DNA of 64,000 bases, counting the filler, from an uncultured bacterium (GTDB taxonomy: Bacteria > CAYJRR01), in NCBI GenBank assembly GCA_964372275.1. It is 4 parts of 4 records of this genome, joined end to end, with 100 filler letters (N's around TTAATTAATTAA, not from the genome) between each part and the next. Parts side by side here need not be neighbours in the genome. Positions count along the whole stretch, not along the records: positions 34,842 to 51,118 come from CAYJRR010000100.1; positions 51,219 to 64,000 come from CAYJRR010000129.1; 2 more parts are not named here. One strand, 5' to 3'. Both the position numbers and the translations under genes were made by a program. Shown here piece by piece: positions 49,588 through 58,646 of this stretch. Under the pieces are notes generated by a model. The model was not told the DNA's origin. It made no database searches and was given only the letters and a program-made list of their open reading frames with translations. Each line of letters begins with the position of its first letter. Positions within the stretch are counted from its first letter, which is position 1.

Positions 49588-51118
49588 CTACCCGGCCGAG
49601 CGGAACTGGATGTCGTGCAGGCGGCGGTACTCGCCGCCCCCCTCGAACAGCTCGCGGTGCGAGCCGGTCTCGACCACCCGGCCGCGCGACAGGACGACGA
49701 TCCGGTGCGCGGCCTTGATCGTCGAGAGCCGGTGCGCGACCACCAGCGTCGTGCGGTCCCGCATCAACACGTCCAGGGCGCGCTGGACCATCTCCTCGCT
49801 TTCGGAGTCGAGCGCCGAAGTCGCTTCGTCGAGGAGAAGGATCGGCCGCTCCCCTGCCTCCCGCTCTATTTAGGCAAGCNNNNNNNNNNCGAGGAGAAGG
49901 ATCGGCGCGTCGCGCAGCACCGCCCGGGCGATGGCGATCCGCTGCCGCTGCCCCCCCGACAGGCCGACGCCGCGCTCGCCGAGCATCGTGTCGTACCCCT
50001 GCGGCAGCTGGAACACGAAGTCGTGGGCGTAGGCCGCCTTCGCCGCGGCCACGATCTCCTCGTCCGTCGCGTCCAGCTTCCCGAGGCGGATGTTCTCCCG
50101 CACGGTGTCGTTGAAGAGGAAGGTGTCCTGCCCCACCAGCGCGATCGTCCGGCGCAGCGAGGCGAGGCCCATTTCGCGCACGTCGATCCCGTTGATTCGC
50201 ACCGCCCCCTCGGTCGCGTCGTAGAAGCGGGGGAGGAGGCTCAACAGCGTCGTCTTTCCCGATCCGCTCTCGCCGACCAACGCCAGCACCTCGCCGCGCC
50301 GCGTCTCCAGGCTCACCTCCTCCAGCACCGGGCGATCGCCGTAGGCGAAGGTCACCCGGTCGAAGGTGATCGCGTCGACCCGCGCCGGGGCCGCGCGCGT
50401 CCCCCGGTCGACGATCTGATCCGGCTGGTCGAGCATGACGAAGATCCGCTCGGCCGAGCCTGCCACCGTCGCCAGCTGCGACGTCACGCGCGTCAGGCGC
50501 CGGATCGGCTCGTAGGACATGCCGACGGCGGTGATGAAGGCGAGCAGACGCGGCAACGACAGCTCGTCGCGCATCACCATCAGGCCGCCGTAGTAGATGG
50601 CGATCGCCGCCGAGGTCGCGCCGACCACCAGAACCAGCGACGGACCCACCGCCGTGACGCGCGCCCCCTTGACCGCCTGCTGGAGCGCGAGCGAGTGCTC
50701 CCGCTCGAAGCGCTGGAGCTGCTGCCCTTCCAGCCCGAACGCGCGCACCTCGCGCGCGCCGGAGATCGACTCGCTGACCAGACCCGCCGCGGCCCCCATC
50801 CCGGCCTGCGTCCGCCGTCCATAGCGGCGGATCGCCGACGACAGGCGCCGCACGAGCAACGCCGTCGGCGGCAGGAGCAGCAGGAACAGCGCCGCCAGCT
50901 TGGGCGAGAGGATCACCGCCGAGACGGCCATCGCCAACAGCCGGAACGGTTCGTTGAAGACGTCGACCACCGCCAGCACCGAGAGCTGGATCATGGCGCT
51001 GTCGGCGATCACCCGGCTGGTGAGATCGCCGGTCTTCTGCGATTGGATGAAGCCGAGCGACAGCCGCTGGTAGCGGTCGACGAGCTGGGTGCGGAGACGC
51101 TGGACGACCCGATAACCG
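49588..51118 (-). CDS. MsbA-like ABC exporter (TM plus NBD), 5'-truncated and split by a scaffold artefact
   Basis: [23 protein letters not shown], then [16 protein letters not shown] and AHRLSTI beyond the 10-N gap; collapsing the duplicated 17 bp restores one frame. Confidence 0.9.
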
Positions 51119-51218
51119 NNNNNNNNNNNNNNNNNNNNNNNNNNNNNNNNNNNNNNNNNNNNTTAATTAATTAANNNNNNNNNNNNNNNNNNNNNNNNNN
51201 NNNNNNNNNNNNNNNNNN
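51119..51218. other. Artificial contig-joining spacer
   Basis: N44-TTAATTAATTAA-N44. Confidence 0.98.
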
Positions 51219-51505
51219 AGAAGCGGATCCAGGGGAGCCACTTTGCCAACGCCGCGCAGGCGAGGGCCGCGAACCAGATGGTGATCGACGGCCAGGTCGA
51301 TCCCTGCCTGTCGGAGGTCTTCCCGTTCGACGGCACCCCCGACGCGCACGAGAAGATGCGCCGCAACGAGCACGCCAACGGGAACATGGCGATCCTGATC
51401 GGCAGCCCCGCGCGCGGACTCAAGTCGCTGGAAGAGACCTACGCCGCCGCGCGCGAGCGCCCGCGCGTCGGAACTCCCGCCGGCGAGGCGCAGGTCGTGG
51501 CGTAG
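51219..51505 (+). CDS. ccr: C-terminal fragment of crotonyl-CoA carboxylase/reductase
   Basis: KRIQGSHFAN...ANQMVIDGQVDPCLSEVFPF...AHEKMRRNEHANGNMAILIG matches the CCR C-terminus. Confidence 0.85.
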
Positions 51506-51579
51506 CGAACGAGCGCGGCGCCGGGGCGCGGTGGCGTGCGTGTTGATTCACGCGACGCGTCGGCGGGAGGATGCCGTGC

Positions 51580-54500
51580 ATGACGAGCCACCGCCTGCTC
51601 CCGTTCGTCGTCCTCGTCTCGCTCGCGGCGGCATGCCCGGGCCAGTCGCCGACGATCCCCTCCGGCGTCGGCGGCGGGGGGATCCGCGGGAAGCGCGCCG
51701 ACCGGGTCCGCTGCGAGCCGCTACCGGCCGCGAGCCCTCCGACGCACATCTACATCGACCCGATACCCGGCGAGGAGGTGATCCCGACGCCGGTCGTCGT
51801 GACCGTCGAAGGAGAGGATCCGAAGCGGGCCCAGGTCCGTCCCAACGACGGGACCTGCCTCAAGCCGCGCCGCGGAAGGGGAAAGAACGAGATCGCCTGT
51901 ACCGTGACCGCCAGCGGCGGCGAAGTCGAATACCAGGAGCAGGTCCTCTCGATGTCCGGGATCAACGGACACGATTTCCGGCTCACGATCAGCTACACCT
52001 CGAACCCGCTCCGTACCGACGATCCGCGGGTATTGAAAGGACCGCCGTTGGGAGAGGGCTGGAGCCACAACCACCAGCCGACGCTGCAGCGAACCGACGA
52101 CAAGCAGTACCTGGTCTACGACAACGGATTTCCCGGAACCGATCAGGTTTTCACCAAGATCCCGGCGAACACCGAGCCGAGCTACATGGGCGGCCCCGGG
52201 ATCTACAAGTATGCGATCAGCGATTCGTCGGGTGGCCCGGTGATCGTCAAGCTGGTCGACGTCCTGACGGGGACGGTCGAGTCGTTCAACCTCGACAACG
52301 GCCTGCTGGACCACGTCGTGCATTCGGACGGCTCGCGAATCGACTACTACTATTGGGAGTCACCGCCCGATCCGGGACAGGCCGGTAGCGGCCCCTGTTA
52401 CGTCTCCGAGGTCGTCGATACCCGCGGAAACGTCCACCACTTCGACTACACGGTCTACCGCTTGATGACCGACGCGACCCCCTCCGATCCGTCGGAGCCG
52501 ACGCTCGCGGCGCGCCTGACGCGGGTGCGGACGGCGGACGGGCTTTCCGCCTCGTTCGACTATTGCCGAACCGACGTCGCCGGCAGCTGCGAGAAGGGGG
52601 CCCTGCGTCGCTACACGGGCGTGCCCGTCGTGAACCCGGCGGGCGCGAGCTTTTCGTCGAGGACGTGGACCTATGGATACACGGGACGGAGGGGCGAAGG
52701 CGGGCTCGAGTCCGTCACCCGTCCGGGCGAGACGACACCGCACGTCGTCACCACGTACGGAGGACCGGGCGACCTGCACAACCGCGTCATCGCGCAAGCG
52801 TGTGCGGGCGGCACCTACCGCTTGCGTTGGGGCCCCGAGATCGAGCCTGGTTACTGTGCCCGAGACGTCACCGTCGTCGATCCGTTGGGCCACCGCACCG
52901 ACTACAAGCTCGAAAAGGTCGGCTTCGTCCGGGAGATCGAGCAGTTTGCCGGTGTATGGGATCCGACGGGGGTCCACCGTTCCGGCCCGGGACCGCGAGC
53001 AATCGTAACCGGCCGCGATCCGGGACCCGGGGAGGTCCCGCGCTCGTGGACCACCCGATACGTCCACAACGCCGATGGAGAGGTCTTGAAGGAGTACGCC
53101 GGCGACGGATCGTGGAAGGAGAACGTATTTCACGAGCCCGCGCAGAAGCCCGGCGATCCGTGGATCCGGAAGGAGGACTGGGCTCGACGGGGCTGGAAGC
53201 TGTCGCAGACCGTGCATCCATCGCCGAGAGCGACGGCCCCCACGACCTCGGGTTCGATCACGACGAGCTGGACGTACGAGGAGTGTTTCGGCGGTCCGCA
53301 GGTCGTGACCGACGGCGACGGACGGGCGACGACCCGCGTCTACCGGCACCAGGACCGCGCCGCCGGCCGGATCGTCACGACGTTTGCCGACCGAAATGGA
53401 AACCGCTCGTGCGACCCCTGGGAGCCGGATCCGGCGGTCCACGGCGGACTCCTGAAGGAGATCCATCATCCGACCGTCACGGTCCACTACCCGGGCCATG
53501 GCGGACCACAGGAGGCGATCGAGCGCTTCTCGTACAATGCGGCCGGTCAGCTCGAACGGCGGACGGATCCCGAAGGGATCGTGACCCGTTACGAGTACGG
53601 CGCTGGCGGCCGTGGCTACACGGTCCGCCAGGTCGTCGACGAGGCCGGTCTGAAGCTCACGACCGAGTGGGTGCGGGACGCGCGCGGAAACGCACGGGAG
53701 ACGATCGACCCCGACGGCATACGTTCCACGGCTCGCTTCAACGCCCTGGACCTGCCGACGGTCGAGAAGCCGGCCGACCGTCGGACCGCGCGGGCGCGCG
53801 CCGGGATCGCCGCCGCACCGCCGCGCACGGTGACGACCGGCTACGACGCACTCGGGCGCAGGTGGTGGACGACCACGTCGATTTCCAATCCGGCGACCGT
53901 GGATCAGAGTCGTCCCGCCGGCGCTCCAATCGCAAGTCCAAGGGCCGTTTCGACGTGGTGGACGTACGACCCGCTCGGCAACCCCACGGAAATCCACCGC
54001 GAGAACGGCGCACGTGTCGAGGTGCAGCGGTTCGAATACGACATGCTCGGACACAAGACCCTGGAGAGGCCGCCGTCCGGCCGTGGTGCGATCCGCACCG
54101 TCTACGACGAGCTCGGGCGCCCCGTCGAGATCACCCTGGCGCCGGGGTCCGCCGAATCCGCGACGACGTCCCTCGACTACTACTGGAACACGAACAAGGT
54201 GCAGCGAACCCGCGATCCCCGCTTCGTCGCGGGTCCCGGTGGTCGTCTCTACGAGACGACGACGCTTTTCGACGGCCACGGCAACGAGGCGGGCGTCATC
54301 GAGCCGTCGCCGATCGTCGGGCAGACGGACCGAGTCTTCGACCGTCGACGATTGCTTCTGGAGGAGACGGTCCGGGGCAGCCTGGACAGTCTCTCCTCGA
54401 CCCCGGTGGTTCTGAGTCGGTCGAGATTCTCGTACGACGAGCGAGGGCGCCGTTTCCACGAATCGCACGACATCTTCGATCCGAACGCAGGCGCGTGGGG

Positions 54501-57396
54501 GTCGGGCCGTCCGGCGGCGGAAACCTGGCTGCTCCTCGACCGCCTCGGGCGCACGGTACGGACACGCGATCCGAACGGCCACGAGACGATTCACGACTTC
54601 GACGGCGCCGGCCGAACGGTGAGGACGACGCTGCCGAACGGGGACAATACCGTGACGGTTTTCGACGGCGCCGGGCGCGCGTTGGAGGAGACGACCGTCG
54701 AAGTCGCGGCCGGCCAGCGATACGTGACGGTCACCGGGCACGACGCCGCGGGTAATCCGATCTCGATTCGGGACAACGCCGGCAACGTCACGCGGCACGA
54801 GTACGACAGCCAAGGGCGACGGGTGGCGACGGTGAATGCGCGAGGGAACCGGACCGAATACGGCTACGACGCGCTCGGGCGCGAAATTCGGGTCGCGCGG
54901 CTCCTTACCGCCTCGGGTGACGCCCCTGCAACGGGCCCATGGAGGGTCGATCCGAGCCAGGGACACCATGGCCTTCTCCTGCTGGAGCGCACCTGGAACG
55001 AGGACGGTCTCCCGGAGTCGGAATCGGTTGGCGGAGTCCTCGCGCACCGAGACACCTACGACCTCCGCAATCTGCTGCGGAGCCGTGCCTATCCGGACGG
55101 TACGGTCGAAACATTCCGCCACGATCTCGCAGGAAACGTCCAGGAAACCACGCGACGAGACGGGGTGCGGATCGCTCGCGAGTTCGACGCGCGGAATCGG
55201 CTGCTCTCGGCACGCGTATCCGCGAATCCGGCGAATCTTCCCGGCACGACGCTGCAGACGTTCCGGTACCATGGCGCCGGAAAGCTCGTATTTTCAACCG
55301 ACAACAACGATCCCGGAACCCCGAGCGACGACGTCGAGCGAAGGAGCACCTTCGACTCCCTGGGCCGCGCGCTCACGATGACCGAACGAGTCGGAGCCGC
55401 CGCCGCCGTGGTGCGGGCCGGATACGACGCCAACGGGAACGTCGTCCGAATCGTCTATCCCAACGGCCGCACCTTCGATCAGCGGTGGAATTCCCTCAAC
55501 CAGCTCGTCTCGATCCGCGAGGGCGGGGCCACCGTCGACCTCGCCCAATTCGAGTACAAGAGCTCCACGCGTTACCGCGAGATCCGCTACGGATCGGCGG
55601 TCCAATCGTTCGAGTACGATGCGTTGAACCGGGTGAGCCGGCTCTTCCACCGTGTGGCCGGAGGAACGCTCGAGCTGAACTACACCTATGATGCGATGGG
55701 GAACACGGAGTCGGAACGGCTACGGTTCCCTCCGTTCGCGGACCAGACGCGATCGATGCGCTACGACAGCGCCGACCGGCTGCTGGCGGTCGACGTGAGC
55801 GCAGCATCCGCCGGAGCGCCCGCCGACGAAACGATCGCGCTGGACGGGCGCGGAAACCGTACTCGGACCCAGAAGGGTTCGTCGGCCGCCTCCTGGTCGG
55901 TCAATGCGCTCAACCAGTACGTGCAGGCTGGCACCGAGACGTTTTCCTGGGACGCCGCCGGCCACCTCGCCCGTCGTGGAACGCGAAACTACGCGTTCGA
56001 CGCGTTCGGCCGACTCCGGACGGTCCAAGACGGTGGCACCGCGGTTCAGTTCGGGTACGACACGGAGGGGCGGAGGGTGCTCCGTGGTGGCGAGAGGATC
56101 GTTTACTGGGAAGGGCGCATGTTGCAGCGGGGAACCGGTGCGAACGCCCGAATCTTCGTGAGCGGCAACAAGCCCGAGCAAGTGCTGGCGATCCTCTCGC
56201 ACGGTGGGGCCCTTCACCCCCATCGCGATGCGATGGCAAGCACGGTCGCGGTCACCGACGCCGCCGGGCGGTTGGTCGAGCGTTACGAGTATGACAGCGC
56301 CGGCGTGCCGACGGTGCGCCTGGCAAGCGGCGCCTCCGCGGGAGTGGCCGCAAGCGAAGTGCTCTTCGCGGGACGCGAGTACGACCACGACGCGAAGCTC
56401 TACAACCACCACGCGCGTTGGTACGACCCCGAGATCGCGCGATTCATCAGCCCGGATCCCGCCGGACTCACCGACGAAAACTACTACGCCTACGCGCACG
56501 GCAACGCGCTGCGCTTCGTCGACCCGCTTGGGCTGGGCGATCTCTCGACGCCCCAGACCCCGTCCAAGGACAAGACCGCGCAAGTGATGGATCCACCGCC
56601 GAAGGTCGTCGACTCGAACCAGCCCTACAAGGAGACGCGCTGGGTCTGGGTTCCGGGCTACGCGGCCCCGTGGAGGGTGGAGGTGACGATCGATCCGAAC
56701 GCCCCGCCGCCGCCCGCCACGCTGCGGGCGGTACCGCGATCGCCCTTGCCGCACATGGATCGCGCCAACCCGACGTACGAGATCGATCGCGCGGGAGTCG
56801 TGGCGCTCGAAAACCTGTCCAGCTTCGCCATCCCGTACGCCGGACCGGTGCAACGAGCGTTGGGCGCGGTTCGAGCGGGTTCGGCCGGTGCTGGCGGGGC
56901 CCGTGCACCAGGCGCCGGCGCCGCTTCCGCAACGACGGCCGGAAACACCGAGCAACGTCTCCTCAACGCGTTGCGGGAGGTGAATACGAAGGGCCACGGC
57001 ACGGACAATTGCCTGAAGGCGGCGGAAGCGGCACATTCGACGGCTACGGGCGCCCCGGCCAGCGCGCTTCCGGGACTGGCTCAAGAAGGGAGCGTTGCGG
57101 CGCTCGAAGCTCGCGCCGGCGCCGCGTTCGACCTCGCGGGTACCACGGGGGCGGAGGTGCAAGCGGCGATACAAGCGCTACCGCCCGGAAGCGGCGCGAT
57201 CATCCAACAGGTGAATCCGGCCTCGCCGTCGATCGTCGGGGGCCATGCGTTCAACGGCTTCAACGTCGGAGGCCGTGCGTTCCTCGTCGACGCATCCGGA
57301 AAGGTCCCGGTGGTCGTAAACCCGGCCAGTCTCCCGAACATGCCGTATTCGGTCCTGCCGATGCCGGGACAAGTCGTCCTTCCACCCTTGCCGTAG
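51580..57396 (+). CDS. Rhs/YD-repeat polymorphic toxin with N-terminal signal, DUF6531-like domain and papain-fold (Tox-PL-like) C-terminal domain
   Basis: GGGAGG RBS 9 nt before ATG 51580; YTS...PLGEGWSH (DUF6531-like); many YDxxGR repeats; core FAGREYD...HARWYDPEIARFISPDP...YAY...VDPLGL; C-terminal NC...HAFN...VDA. Confidence 0.9.
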   Translation: MTSHRLLPFVVLVSLAAACPGQSPTIPSGVGGGGIRGKRADRVRCEPLPAASPPTHIYIDPIPGEEVIPTPVVVTVEGEDPKRAQVRPNDGTCLKPRRGRGKNEIACTVTASGGEVEYQEQVLSMSGINGHDFRLTISYTSNPLRTDDPRVLKGPPLGEGWSHNHQPTLQRTDDKQYLVYDNGFPGTDQVFTKIPANTEPSYMGGPGIYKYAISDSSGGPVIVKLVDVLTGTVESFNLDNGLLDHVVHSDGSRIDYYYWESPPDPGQAGSGPCYVSEVVDTRGNVHHFDYTVYRLMTDATPSDPSEPTLAARLTRVRTADGLSASFDYCRTDVAGSCEKGALRRYTGVPVVNPAGASFSSRTWTYGYTGRRGEGGLESVTRPGETTPHVVTTYGGPGDLHNRVIAQACAGGTYRLRWGPEIEPGYCARDVTVVDPLGHRTDYKLEKVGFVREIEQFAGVWDPTGVHRSGPGPRAIVTGRDPGPGEVPRSWTTRYVHNADGEVLKEYAGDGSWKENVFHEPAQKPGDPWIRKEDWARRGWKLSQTVHPSPRATAPTTSGSITTSWTYEECFGGPQVVTDGDGRATTRVYRHQDRAAGRIVTTFADRNGNRSCDPWEPDPAVHGGLLKEIHHPTVTVHYPGHGGPQEAIERFSYNAAGQLERRTDPEGIVTRYEYGAGGRGYTVRQVVDEAGLKLTTEWVRDARGNARETIDPDGIRSTARFNALDLPTVEKPADRRTARARAGIAAAPPRTVTTGYDALGRRWWTTTSISNPATVDQSRPAGAPIASPRAVSTWWTYDPLGNPTEIHRENGARVEVQRFEYDMLGHKTLERPPSGRGAIRTVYDELGRPVEITLAPGSAESATTSLDYYWNTNKVQRTRDPRFVAGPGGRLYETTTLFDGHGNEAGVIEPSPIVGQTDRVFDRRRLLLEETVRGSLDSLSSTPVVLSRSRFSYDERGRRFHESHDIFDPNAGAWGSGRPAAETWLLLDRLGRTVRTRDPNGHETIHDFDGAGRTVRTTLPNGDNTVTVFDGAGRALEETTVEVAAGQRYVTVTGHDAAGNPISIRDNAGNVTRHEYDSQGRRVATVNARGNRTEYGYDALGREIRVARLLTASGDAPATGPWRVDPSQGHHGLLLLERTWNEDGLPESESVGGVLAHRDTYDLRNLLRSRAYPDGTVETFRHDLAGNVQETTRRDGVRIAREFDARNRLLSARVSANPANLPGTTLQTFRYHGAGKLVFSTDNNDPGTPSDDVERRSTFDSLGRALTMTERVGAAAAVVRAGYDANGNVVRIVYPNGRTFDQRWNSLNQLVSIREGGATVDLAQFEYKSSTRYREIRYGSAVQSFEYDALNRVSRLFHRVAGGTLELNYTYDAMGNTESERLRFPPFADQTRSMRYDSADRLLAVDVSAASAGAPADETIALDGRGNRTRTQKGSSAASWSVNALNQYVQAGTETFSWDAAGHLARRGTRNYAFDAFGRLRTVQDGGTAVQFGYDTEGRRVLRGGERIVYWEGRMLQRGTGANARIFVSGNKPEQVLAILSHGGALHPHRDAMASTVAVTDAAGRLVERYEYDSAGVPTVRLASGASAGVAASEVLFAGREYDHDAKLYNHHARWYDPEIARFISPDPAGLTDENYYAYAHGNALRFVDPLGLGDLSTPQTPSKDKTAQVMDPPPKVVDSNQPYKETRWVWVPGYAAPWRVEVTIDPNAPPPPATLRAVPRSPLPHMDRANPTYEIDRAGVVALENLSSFAIPYAGPVQRALGAVRAGSAGAGGARAPGAGAASATTAGNTEQRLLNALREVNTKGHGTDNCLKAAEAAHSTATGAPASALPGLAQEGSVAALEARAGAAFDLAGTTGAEVQAAIQALPPGSGAIIQQVNPASPSIVGGHAFNGFNVGGRAFLVDASGKVPVVVNPASLPNMPYSVLPMPGQVVLPPLP

Positions 57397-57408
57397 CACC
57401 GATCGGCG

Positions 57409-58539
57409 TCACTCGATCGTTTTGTACAGCTCGAAGTAGCTCCTGATGGGGCCGAAGATCGTCCCCAGGATCTTCGCCACGGCGAATCCGAGCGCGACGA
57501 GGGCCACCAACCCGAGCGCGATCAGCATCAGGATGCGGAGCGAGCGGAGCGCGGCCGAGCGGTGGTCCTCGGCCAGCTCCCGCAGCGCGTCCTCGAGCGT
57601 TCCGGTGCGTTCGGCGACCGACAGGCTTCCGAGGGAGTTCGGATCGAAGACCCGGAGCGCCAGTACGGCGTCGGTGAGGGTCGATCCGCCCCGGAGCGAA
57701 GCCTCGGTCTCGTCGATCCGTTCCAGCACCGACGCGCTTCCCGATGCCCGGATCGCCAGCCGCACCGAGCGGATCAGGTCGACGCCGGCGCCGACGGCGA
57801 GACCCATGGAGAGGAAGAAACGCGCGCCGACCAGGTTCCGCACCGCGCCGCCGACCAGTGGGACGGCGAGCGTCAATCGTTCCCATCGCGACTCCAGGCC
57901 GGCCACGGCGAGCGCGAACGGGAATCCGAGGATGGCGCCGATCGCCAGCGCCGCGAGGGCGAGGTTGCGGAGGACCCCGAGAAGGTAGGTCCCGCCGTAG
58001 ACGACGGCCTCCTTTCCGTCGGCCGCCCCGGAGCCGGAGGAGGCGGCGCCGGCCACGTCGAACAGCGGCGCGACGAAGACGATCGCGGCGAGCAGGTAGA
58101 CCGGCCACAGCGATCCGAAGATCGCCTGCCAGCGGAGCTTCTGCATCTCGTCGAGGTGCTCGACGACGCGCTTGAGCACCGGCTCGAGCGTTCCCGTCTC
58201 CTCGGCGAAGGCGAGCAGCTCCATCGTCGCGTCGTCGAAGGCGCCGGCGTGCCGCTGCATCGCCTCCGCGAGCCCAGCCCCGGCCCCCACGTCGCGCGCG
58301 ATCTGCCGCAGCGCCCGACGCATCCCTTCGCCCGGCGCGTGGCGGGCCAGCTCCTTGAGCGCGACCGGCATCCCCACGCCCGATCGGACCAGCGAGTGGA
58401 ACTGCCGGTAGAAGGCGATCCGGCCGCGGTGGCCGGCGAACGCGACCAGCGGGTGCGCCGCCCACGCCCGCGCCATCCGCCGGCTCCGCGCCGCTCGCAC
58501 GTCGTCGAGCGCGGGCGCCTCGCGTGGATCGACCGCCAT
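57409..58539 (-). CDS. Type II secretion system F/PilC family platform protein
   Basis: FYRQFHSLVRSGV, GAGLAEAM, AEETGTLE, and a second repeat AERTGTLEDAL. Confidence 0.88.
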   Translation of the reverse strand: MAVDPREAPALDDVRAARSRRMARAWAAHPLVAFAGHRGRIAFYRQFHSLVRSGVGMPVALKELARHAPGEGMRRALRQIARDVGAGAGLAEAMQRHAGAFDDATMELLAFAEETGTLEPVLKRVVEHLDEMQKLRWQAIFGSLWPVYLLAAIVFVAPLFDVAGAASSGSGAADGKEAVVYGGTYLLGVLRNLALAALAIGAILGFPFALAVAGLESRWERLTLAVPLVGGAVRNLVGARFFLSMGLAVGAGVDLIRSVRLAIRASGSASVLERIDETEASLRGGSTLTDAVLALRVFDPNSLGSLSVAERTGTLEDALRELAEDHRSAALRSLRILMLIALGLVALVALGFAVAKILGTIFGPIRSYFELYKTIE

Positions 58540-58646
58540 GGGGCGATTGTCGGCCGATCGACGCGGCGGCGCCAATCCTCCGGCACTCCCCGCGTGTCGG
58601 CCGCCGGCGGCTCGACGGACGCGCTCGAGAGTGCGATCCTCGGGCG

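Noticed and set aside
49588..49889. ABC exporter pseudogene
   Set aside because: The break coincides with a 10-N scaffold gap and a duplicated 17-mer, so an assembly artefact is the better explanation.
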